Position numbers and translations under genes: made by a program. From Octopus sinensis (lineage: Eukaryota): a DNA stretch of 64,000 nt. This document shows positions 53,761 to 64,000 of the stretch, piece by piece; the stretch's first letter is position 1, and every line of letters starts with the position of its first letter. The stretch covers positions 138,012,001-138,076,000 of the forward strand of contig NC_043000.1 in assembly GCF_006345805.1 (NCBI RefSeq), written 5' to 3'. The notes under the pieces are model-generated. The model was not told where the DNA came from, searched no databases, and saw nothing but the letters and a program-made list of their open reading frames with translations.

Positions 53761-54289
53761 TGCGAGTAGGACAAATTTGGATGTAAAGTGAAAATTGACG
53801 AGCCGCCTTCATTTAGTGGAGAATTTAGGTTTCCTATTTCTCTGCCTGATGACTATAACAAGATATGAGTGGTGGACTCGTCAGAAAGGTTTGATGACAA
53901 TCATTTTCTTTCGTGGCCAACCTCTCATCAACTTCTTCAACTACCACGTGTAAAGGAAGGTGCAAATAGATATGAAGGGGCTGTCTTTTAAGATGGTCAT
54001 GAGTTGTAAGAATGGTGAGTCTCAGTAAAACTACTTTGAATACTCTTTTCGAAGCTGAAGGAAAGAAACAGGGAAACAGGAATTTTGCCTCCTGTGATAT
54101 GACAGAGAGAGAAATCGAGGCTTTTGTCGGAGTTTATCTCAAATTACCTTAGGAGATTATCCCTCTATTGGGAAACATATCTATTTGAAATTTCATTGCT
54201 ATATATTAAATGTTATATTTTTGTTCAGTTCTTTTTGTTTGATGTGAACTCTACTCATAGATGAAATAATAAATTGTACACTCTATTTG

Positions 54290-54670
54290 TTAGCAGGGAT
54301 GCTTTCTTGAGGTTTGGTGACAACAAGTCTCCTCAAATCTCACGAATCTCTGTTAGGATTCTTGCAGAATAGAGAATGCTACTTTTCTGCTGGTCAACAC
54401 TACGAATCTCAGTTCCTCTTTCAGCCACTGAGATAGCAGTTTGGGTGTGATGTTAGAGCACCAATTACCACAGGAACAACTGTAATCTTTGACTTCCATA
54501 GTTGTTTCACCTCTCTGGTTAGGTCATGAATTCTCTCAGTTTGTTTGGTATCCACTCTATTATCATTTGGTATTACAAAGCCTGTGATCCTATATTGTTT
54601 TGTTTTTTTGCCTTCTACTGTCATATTTGGTCACCTTCCTTCAATACCATGGTCACTCATTTTTAGAGAA
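54290..54670 (-). pseudogene. R4/Dong-type non-LTR retrotransposon C-terminal restriction-like endonuclease relic
   Basis: GR*PNMTVEGKK...GFVIPNDNRV...DLTREVKQLWKSKITVVPVVIGAL...QQKSSILYSARIL matches the RPD...D.AIP...Y.DL..E...LW...VVPVVIGALG...LQK..L.TARIL pattern. Confidence 0.8.
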
Positions 54671-55109
54671 ATCAAGAGTACCCTGATTTTTTAATCACCA
54701 TCACAGCCTTTGACTTGTGTTCATACCACTCTTCTGTTATTACACAATTGGCTAATATTTCAATACACATCTTTTACCGACACTGTCATATCTGCACATA
54801 TCCTATCTTTGTGCTAGCTTACTGCATTCGCTTAAAAGATGGTTAATACTATTTGGATAGGCGTTAATTCTCCTGAATTGATCCGCCCTCTGACAGGTCC
54901 TTTTATTTATTTATTTTCTTTGGTCCTGCAGGGTATCCAAATAGACCCCTCAATTCACCGATCATGCTCTGTGGGGTTGCTGGTTTAGTAACCAACGACC
55001 GAACAATGGATATGTTCAAACTTACCGTTCGATTTGCGATTTCTCGGTCCCTAAAAGTGTGGATAAGTAAAAGAAAGTTAGAGCATCAAAAAAATTGCCT
55101 TACAATATT

Positions 55110-55465
55110 TGTTCCGGCACTTTACATACTGAGTTCAAATTCCACCGAGGCCAACTTTGCCTTTCATCCTTTCGGGGTCGATACAGGAAAGTACCAATCA
55201 CGTACTGAAGTCAATGGTATCGAGTAATGTTTCCTGTTAAACTTGCAGGCCTTGTGCCCAAATTAGAAACCTTTAAAATGGCGGCTCCCTAACAGAATCG
55301 CCAGTGTCAGAAAATATGCTTTGTGGTATTTCTTGTGATTCGTTATGTTCTGGTTTCAAATCTTCGAAGGTTAACGTCGTCTTCCATCTGTTTGGAATCG
55401 GTAAAATGTACCAGTCAAGAACTCCTTCTAAAATTACTAACCTTGTGCCAAAATTAGGAAGAATT
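55110..55465 (+). mobile_element. Two tandem degenerate family B variant SINEs
   Basis: Core GAGTTCAAATTCCACCGAGGCCAACTTTGCC and two CCTTGTGCC tails (about 55250 and 55441). Confidence 0.7.
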
Positions 55466-56072
55466 ATTATTGCTGCTGTTGTTGTTATTGCTAGAACTAC
55501 TACTAAAGACTGGAGGATTCGTAGTGGGATGGAGCGACGACGTTCAAGAGGAAAAGGAAAGTTTGGGCGTCGGCATAGACAAACTGGCAGGTGTGCTGTG
55601 GGGATTTGTGAGTAAGAGGCTATCATGGCAGTGATTCTAAGAGACAAATTTGACAGGAATTCAAGTGTGACGATCGAAACTGTACACTACGCACTCGTTC
55701 GGTGTCCCAGTATTGCTGATTTGTCAAATTACGTTGTACAACGGTTGTCGTGCTTATGATAAATCTAACTATCTACAGAGTCTACTGTGAAGACCACCAC
55801 CTTTAATAGAATACAGCAGGAAATCGGCTACGGCCAAAGAGGATGAGTGGTGGCCAAGACTGAATGTACAATCTTAAGATGCCTACCTCTTCAGACAAGC
55901 CCTCATCGACTATTTCAAGTTTTAGGGTTTATAAAATAAAGTACAAATTAACTATTGTGTTCAATATAATCAGCTGTTCCTTCTGCAAAAATATGAGGAT
56001 TTGTGCCTATATTAGTTATTGGTGCTTAGTTTAGTTCTTACGTTTCAAATATCGAAAGTGAAATCTGGTTAA

Positions 56073-56464
56073 TCTCTCTATATATAAAGCTGAAGTTGTC
56101 TGTGTTTGGCGGGTTTGGTAGCCTTCAACTAACACTATCTCCACGGAGACCCTGCGGCGCAAGTTAACCAAAATTGAGAAGATGATAGAAGAATGCTTGT
56201 TCTTTCTTCCGTAGAAGAAAAAATTCAAATCGGACCATGTTAACACCAAAACTTATTTACATCAAAAAGGTACTTTTTACTATGAAAATCCCTATTTTTA
56301 CGATTTTTTTACTGCTGTGTCGCCATTTTTCGGTGAATTTCAACCAGAAAAATGTTCACTTAAAGAGAATATCAAGCTACATAATGCAAAAGTTTTACTT
56401 TTCAAAAATTCCAATTCTAAAGGGTCGAAAAAAAAACCCGAGCAACGCCGGGCGATACTGCAAG
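56073..56464 (+). mobile_element. Non-autonomous Helitron, family H2 (H1-type termini, different body)
   Basis: A|TCTCTCTATATATAAAG start; CCCGAGCAACGCCGGG hairpin and CTGCAAG|T end (CTAG mutated). Confidence 0.85.
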
Positions 56465-57953
56465 TAGTATAATAAAAGTTACAAGAAAATAATAACATTT
56501 AAGGATTTACATAGGCAATCTTAACAAAATGCAGCTTTTGGACATTGTAAGAAAGCCTCATTCCTACTATAGATCACTTTTAAAACGCCAACAATGTCAA
56601 TTTGTTTACTAGACAATATATCTACACCACTTTAACTTGTTGCATGAATGTTGATGGCATGAAAGATATTATTTCCGACTACAAGTTTTGTCAGCTAGTC
56701 AAATCTAAACATTTCTTTGACTTTTCATTTTCTGTTGCTTCACTGATAGTGATGTTAACAATAGATTCATCAGCCATTATTTAAAATCTTCGACTAAAAG
56801 AGTTGCATTGTGCCTTAACAGCATCTTAAAGCAAATTTCAAACTGTAGTAATTTCCCTTAAGTTATGCAATCAATATCGTTTCAAAAGGCATGAACAATT
56901 CATAATCCCATTTCCTCCCACAGTAAATAATAAGAGCTTGTGTGTGTATATACAGGAAATTAATGTATATATTCAGACAATCAGTATTACAGTTGTTTTG
57001 TATAGCGTTAGTCATGTCAAGCAGACATGTGGTACAGGGAAACTTCAACAACAATTTAATGATAATATATAATATAAAAGTGATAATCAAGATCAAACCT
57101 TGAATCGAGACAAGGAGGAAATCTAGACGTCATATATACTATAAAACGTTTCCTTTTGCCCAGTCAAGATCGATAAATTTTACCGTAATAGGATTCATGA
57201 TTGTAAACTTGTCTTGATCAGTAATGTTTTGTAGAATAGAATGTACTACAAGTCAAATCAAGAGCGTAAAATTTGATGGAAACTAATTGATTAATTAACT
57301 CCTAGAGTGACCGACTGAGGACACAGTGAGAGAGAGAACAATAGATTTTAGAACATGTGTTTCAAACATTTAACATCGAAGAGTTTAGCATCGGAAGTGA
57401 TGTGGCTACTACTATTTCCATAGAAATTCCTTCTGTTTCTTCTTTGAATTGATAACATTTTTTATCCAAGTAGTGAGCTGTTACTTTGTTATAACTTATG
57501 ATTAATTTAGCAGTTATCTAGTGGTGGAGGAGAGAAGACACCTGTGATCTTTGTAACTCTTCTCAGTATGATGAATGAATTAAATCCAGCCACAGTTAAT
57601 TTCGAAGATTTATAGTTGGAATTCCGTAGACAACAGTGAGGGTTAGTGCTTCTAGGGAGCTGGCATTGAACAATAGGTGGGAATTAAAGGGATGAGACAC
57701 ATAGAGAAAACAAAGAGAATCATGAGCATTGTGTCGGGTGTTTTTCTACAAAGGTTCTATTTATCTTGCTACTTTTCAGAAGAGATTTTTGTAGTCTTGG
57801 TAGAAGAGTGATGATAGTGAGAGAGAGTGAGTCTGTGTGTGAGAGAGAGAGAGAGAACAAAGAGGCTCTGTGGCCTCATGGTTATAACATGTTGGGAATT
57901 ACTTTCAATAAACTATAAATGGTTTTGTTTTGGATGTGTAGCAACAATATCAT

Positions 57954-58545
57954 AGACGGCGAACTGGCAGAAACCTTAGCACGCCGGGCGAAATGCGTAG
58001 CCGTATTTCGTCTGCCGTTAGGTTCTGAGTTCAAATTCCGCCGAGGTCGACTTTGCCTTTCATCCTTTCGGGGTCGATTAAATAGGTACCAGTTACGCAC
58101 TGGGGTCGATATAATCGACTTAATCCGTTTGTCTGTCCTTGTTTGTCCTCTCTGTGTTTAGCCCCTTGTGGGTAGTAAAGAAATAGGTATTTCGTCTACT
58201 GTTACGTCCGAGTTCAAATTCTGCCGAGGTCGACTTTGCTTTTCATCTTTTCAGGGCCGATAAATTAAGTAGCAGTTACGCACAGGGGTAGATGTAATCG
58301 ACTTAATCCGTTTGTCTGTCTTTGTTTTTCCCCTCTACGTTTAGCCCCTTGTGGGCAATAAAGAAATAAGAAACGTTAGTACTTCGTCTTTCTTTGCGTT
58401 CTGAGTTCAAATTCCGCCGAGGTCGACTTTGTCTTTCATCTTTTCGGGGTCGATAAATTATTGTACCAGTTGAGTACTGGGGTCGATCTAATCGACTTGC
58501 TTCTTCCCCAAACATTTCAGACCTTGTGTCTAGAGTAGAAAAGAA
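57954..58545 (+). mobile_element. Head-to-tail trimer of family B SINE units
   Basis: Full monomer to about 58187, second unit restarting at GTATTTCGTCT, third unit from about 58372 with the variant tail. Confidence 0.88.
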
Positions 58546-58970
58546 TACCATGTATGACTGCAATGCGTGTTACATTTTGAGAGTAAAATAAAAACTTTGT
58601 TATTTGATTCTTCACGAAAATGTGATTTAAATCGATCATTGTTAGGGTGAGTCTCGGAGTAGTTACAGCAATTAATGATAGCATATTGCGTTAAAAACTT
58701 TCTTCGATCTTTTTTTCTTTCATCTAAGTGTTTTTATCTCCGTTTTTAACATACTCATAACTATGACCGTATCTACTTCCAGAATCAGCTTTAAAATAAT
58801 TTATCAGAAATTATGTAATCCAATATTTGTTACCCGATGTTCTACAAAGTTATTTTCATAACACACCTGTCTTCAGCTGTTGAAGGATACTAGAACGCCA
58901 GATTTATATTTCCTAGAGAGAATATGTCCGATGCCTTTGTTCATAGAAGTAAGGCAAATTTTGTTTGATG

Positions 58971-59026
<56 letters not shown>

Positions 59027-59290
59027 TGAAATTTTTATATGTACATATATTATATTACATTTGTAAGCAAAGACTTCGTTGGACATTTGAGTTCAACATC
59101 CCTTCACAAGTTACTAACTTGGTTTCCTGCACTTTTCTTAATCCCTCGTATATATTATTTTACATAATTTATCATCATCATTTTAAGAGTTGATGACAAA
59201 AAAAATGTAGAACGTCATTAAACAGTTCCTCTGTAAGTTTACAGCTTTGACACAAGCGGGGAGAAACAAGACATGCTATGATATATAACC

Positions 59291-59680
59291 CTTTTTATCA
59301 TAGGCACAAGGCCCGAAGGTTTGAGGGAGGGGACTAGTCGATTACATCGGCCCAGAATTTCACTGGTACTTAAATTATCGACCCGGAAAGGATAAAAGGC
59401 AAAGTGGACCTCGGCGGAATTTGAACGCAGTGACGGGCGAAATACCTATTTTTTTACTACCCACAAGTGGCGAAAACACAGAGGGGACAAACAAGGACAG
59501 ACAAATGGATTAAGTCGATTATATCGACCACAGTGCGTAACTGGTACCTATTTAATCGACCCCGAAAGGATGAAAGGCAAAGTCGACCTCGGCGGAATTT
59601 GAACTCAGAACGTAACGGCAGACGAAATACGGCTACGCATTTCGCCCGGCGTGCTAACGTTTCTGCCAACTCGCCGCCTT
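59291..59680 (-). mobile_element. Family B SINE dimer (full unit 59445-59680 plus truncated variant 59291-59444)
   Basis: Minus-strand junction AAATAG|GTATTTCG, same as at 58187. Confidence 0.88.
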
Positions 59681-60029
59681 GACTATATGTTATATAAGAA
59701 TACAGACCGTGATACAGCGCATTTATGAGATCAGTCGTCACAGTCTCCATTCTTCTTGAGTCAAATAAAGACCATGACGGTCGATATCATTCTGTCTACT
59801 ATAGTACTGTTCAAAGATTCATATTAACGGAAGGAAAAGAAGGCAGTTCTTAATGGTGATGAAGATGGTTGATTGTCAAAATCATTTAGCCCGGCTAAAG
59901 ATCTTACAGTATTTAGTTAAGGATTTTAAAATTCTTAATTCAAATCTGAGGTCAACTTCAACTTTTATCCTTCTGGTCAATAAAATACTGTGCCAAGTTT
60001 ACCAGTCATCCTCAATGGCTGTAGGCATA

Positions 60030-60156
<127 letters not shown>

Positions 60157-61303
60157 TATATATATTATATATATATCCATCTATCTATTTGTATATATAT
60201 CTTTGTAGAGAATCAATATTAAACCATGTAATTTTGTTTATACCAAACAGTACCAACATACTTTAACGTACTAAGTCTTCTATCTCGACCTTTCTCTTAC
60301 AACCCGACATTAGTAATCGTTGAGGTATGAAGAAATCATTAAATTAGCATCATGGAAGTAAATTTATTGATTATGTTTTGATTGCCTCCTTTTTAATAGC
60401 AACTAATTATAGCCTACGATTCACTGTTTCCCTATTATGCCGTAGTCATTATTTCATCCAGCTTATTAATGCTCAATATTTATTAAACTGTATTATTCGT
60501 ATATAAATTCCTATGGCAATCCGTATTATACCGTGACTTTCCATTGGCTGCTGTTCACACGAAATCCTAGATATACTCATTATGCTGCGAGTACTGTAGA
60601 ATGAAAGAAGCCACAAACTTATAACACAGACCAGTTTGGTTCTGTAAGTGATACTACCCTTTTGCTACCGTCATTTACGCGGTTTAAGAAGGAAAGAACT
60701 CATAGATTTCCACTCCTTTCCCTTTAGATGTTCATAGCTTTATGCCTGTAGAACTAAAAATTAATATTGATTTTGTGATCGAACATTAATTCAACTACTC
60801 AAAATTAAATAAATCTGGTATGCTATCAGAATCTATTAAAGATAAAAATATTTTTACATTTTCTTTATTTTCTGGAAACTTCGTTAAGCTACAACGGAAA
60901 GTAAACAAGCAACCAAAAGCATTAAACATTATTAATCACAGATATGTTTGTCTGATCAAGGAGAAATACTGTATTAGTGAATCACAATCCAATTATTGAA
61001 TAATTCTATTTGCTTCGTATGTATAAGCTCGATATTTCCGATTCTAACTATTGTTTTGCGAAGGTTATTTTTTTCATGGCGACGCATTTGATGTAGCAAA
61101 TATTTCTTTACATACCTTGAATAATGCTAAGCAATCATGGTACCATCTGAAGACAGAAAGATCTAGCAAACTAGATTCATGTGTGTGCTTGTGTGTGTGT
61201 ATGTGTGTTTGTGTATCTATCTATATTTATACCTATAACTATCAATCTATTTGTCTATCTATCTGTTTGTATTTCTCTCTCTATCTATCTATCTGCCTGT
61301 CAG

Positions 61304-61375
<72 letters not shown>

Positions 61376-61550
61376 ATGTAATATAATACAATATAATATA
61401 ATATAACATAATATATTATAATATAATATAATTGCGTAGTAGTTTTAGTTCAATGATTGCTTACAACTTGCATGTTTCATCTTGCACAGATGTATCCGGA
61501 TCTTTCAGAGTATAAAATGTAGCAGCTATATTGTATACTTGCGTATAAAC

Positions 61551-61614
<64 letters not shown>

Positions 61615-61656
61615 GTTGTATGTATGTATGTATGTATGTATGTATGTATGTACGTA

Positions 61657-61829
61657 TAGGTGCAGGAGTGGCTGTGTGGTAAGTAGCTTGCTTACAAACC
61701 ACATGGTTCCAGGTTCAGTCCCAACGCATGGCACCTTGCGCAAGTGTCTTCTACTATAGCGTCGGTCCGACCAAAGCTTTGTGCGTGGATTTGGTTGACG
61801 AAAACGTAAAGAAGCCCGTCGTATATATG

Positions 61830-61866
<37 letters not shown>

Positions 61867-62085
61867 ATTTTTGTACTGTGTTTGTCCGCCCAACATCGCT
61901 TGACAACCGATAGTGGTGTGATCACGTCCCCGTAACTTAGCGGTTCGGCAAAGAGGCCGGGAGAATAAGTACTAGGCTTCCAAAGAATAAGTCCTGGGGG
62001 CGATTTGCTAGACTAAAGGCGATACTCCAGCTTTGCCGCAGTCAAAATGACTGAAACAAGTAAAAGATTAAAAGAGAAAAGAGAG
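61657..62085 (+). mobile_element. Family A SINE, full length, inserted after (TATG)n
   Basis: Consensus head GGTGCAGGAGTGGCTGTGTGGTAAG through to GAAACAAGTAAAAG tail. Confidence 0.92.
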
Positions 62086-62135
62086 TTATGTATGTGTATT
62101 TGAGTGTGTGTGTGGGAGAGAGTAAAGTAGATACG

Positions 62136-62392
<257 letters not shown>

Positions 62393-62506
62393 TTTATTTA
62401 TATATATTTACATATAGGTATACAGACATATATACAGAGGGTTGCAAAAGCAGATACATAGTAATGAAAAACTAAAAGTCCGCACTTTTTATTGATTATA
62501 CAAAAA

Positions 62507-62900
62507 CTAGCAGTATCACCCGGCGTTGCTCGGGTTTGTAAGGGAAATAACTATAAAGCATTTTTAGAGAGTTATAGCCAAAAAATAGCAAAAAAATGCA
62601 TTAGAAATGGAAAAAAAATTATGGTAAATTTTTTTTTAAATCGTTGACTCATCTTAGACATTTTTAGAGAGTTACTTCCTTTATATAATAGCGAAAAAAT
62701 GCATTAAAATGGAAAAAATGATGGTAAATTATTTTTAAAATCGTAGACTCATGGTAGACGCGCGCTAATACCCAGAAGGGCTCGATATGAATCAGGACTA
62801 TAAGATACCCGGTTTTGGTTAAACTGCACCGCAAAATGTGGGAGTAGTTAGGAATCTAAATCGTATGAGACAGACACACAACCTTACTTTTATATAAATA
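62507..62900 (-). mobile_element. Non-autonomous Helitron H1 nested in the mariner
   Basis: A|CTAGCAG...CCCGGCGTTGCTCGGG; near-identical to the reverse complement of 12164-12557. Confidence 0.92.
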
Positions 62901-63141
62901 ATAATAAACTTATCACTTTCACAACTTTTCAAACTGTTTTCCTCCGGCCTTCATGCCCTCCATTAATCGAGCGTAGACACTCATGTACACCTTGGCACAA
63001 AGGTCTTTATCAGCGTCAATTTCCTGCGAAAACTCTCTTTTACACAACCCCCAGAAAAGGAAGTCCATAGGAGTGAGATCGGGTGAATGTAATGGCCAAG
63101 CGATGGCTCCTCGACTTCCAATCCACCTGTTGAGAAGTTCT

Positions 63142-63302
63142 TTGTGAAAAGCACCCACTACACTCGCGGAGTGGTTGGCGTTAGGAAGGGCATCCAGCTG
63201 TAGAAACACTGCCAGATCAGACTGGAGCCTGGTGCAGCCCTGGCTTCCCAGACCCCGGTCGAACCGTCCAACCCGTGCTGGCGCGGAAAACGGACGTTAA
63301 AC

Positions 63303-63337
<35 letters not shown>
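63142..63337 (+). mobile_element. 3' half of a further SINE family with (GAT)n tail, nested in the mariner
   Basis: GGCGTTAGGAAGGGCATCCAGCTGTAGAAAC...GGACGTTAAACGATGATGATG; splits the transposase between APPHFTL and ELLNRWIG. Confidence 0.75.
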
Positions 63338-63635
63338 GTGAGCGTGAAGTGCGGTGGCGCCCGATCCTGCAGAAAGTAGAAGTCGTCCCTCTGCTGTTGT
63401 TCACGTATCTGTTGTATGACTATCCGTCAGGCTGTTCAGATATACGTGTTGATCAACAGTCTATTTCTGAATGATAGGTCCAACAACACCTTTGTAGGAA
63501 TGGCCACCCACACTGTTATCCCAGGCTGGTTGAGCATTACAGCTTTCAGTTGCGTAGTGGCATTAGAGCTATGTATGTATGTATGTATGTATGTATGTAT
63601 GTATGTATGTATGTATGTTTCTATGTATGTATGTA

Positions 63636-63783
63636 TAGATGCGGGAGTGGCTGTGTGGTAAGTAGCTTGCTTACCAACTACATGGTTCCGGGTTCAGTCC
63701 CACCGCATGTCACCTTGGGCTAGTGTCTTCTACTATAGCGTCGGGCTGACCAAAGCTTTGTGAGTGGATTTGGTAGACGGAAA
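63636..63783 (+). mobile_element. Family A SINE, 3'-truncated, with upstream (TATG)n
   Basis: Head and core only; ends at GTAGACGGAAA. Confidence 0.88.
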
Positions 63784-64000
63784 CATTAGTGCACACATTT
63801 GTGCCGACTATATGCTCCCGATAGCTTAAAGTTTGCTTCATTGAACCACACGATTCTTCGCAGAATGCTGTCACATCCCCCTTCTTCGTTCAGGATAGAT
63901 TCGCAAAATTGCAAACGCCGATCTGAGTCATACTCCACTAAACAATGTATCAAACGTAGAATGTACATTCTCAGTCCTACGCGGTGCATCAAACGACCCA

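Larger units (their letters stand above)
62435..64000 (-). mobile_element. Decayed rosa/maT-like mariner transposon with nested insertions, runs off the window
   Basis: TA|CAGAGGGTTGCAAAAG end at 62435; transposase pieces DRRLQFCE...WFNEANFKLSG (63786-992), PGITVWVAI...GVVGP...YLN, FLQDRAPPHF (63345-560), RWIG...WPLHSPDLTPMDFLFWG (62919-63140). Confidence 0.85.

Overview
AT-rich, microsatellite-dense eukaryotic non-coding DNA with no long intact ORF; nearly every track ORF is a translation of simple repeats or decayed transposons. The repeat make-up resembles an octopod cephalopod genome (inference from my recollection of these SINE families, not from a search). The window holds at least three tRNA-headed SINE families (about 20 copies), four non-autonomous Helitrons plus two RepHel helicase relics, one full-length decayed DD41D (rosa-like) mariner, a second mariner carrying nested insertions, two MITEs, and relics of Penelope, R4/Dong, RTE and APE-type LINEs. 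A few short exon-like segments with good splice signals (best: a 15-nt microexon at 3595-3609) suggest much of the window may be intron of a + strand gene, but this is unproven. The best lead is a short repeat in which a Pol III-like (A/B box) head and a (TAA)n spacer precede a minimal type I hammerhead ribozyme of the Penelope type (2061-2106, second copy 45879-45924), i.e. a candidate SINE/retrozyme hybrid.
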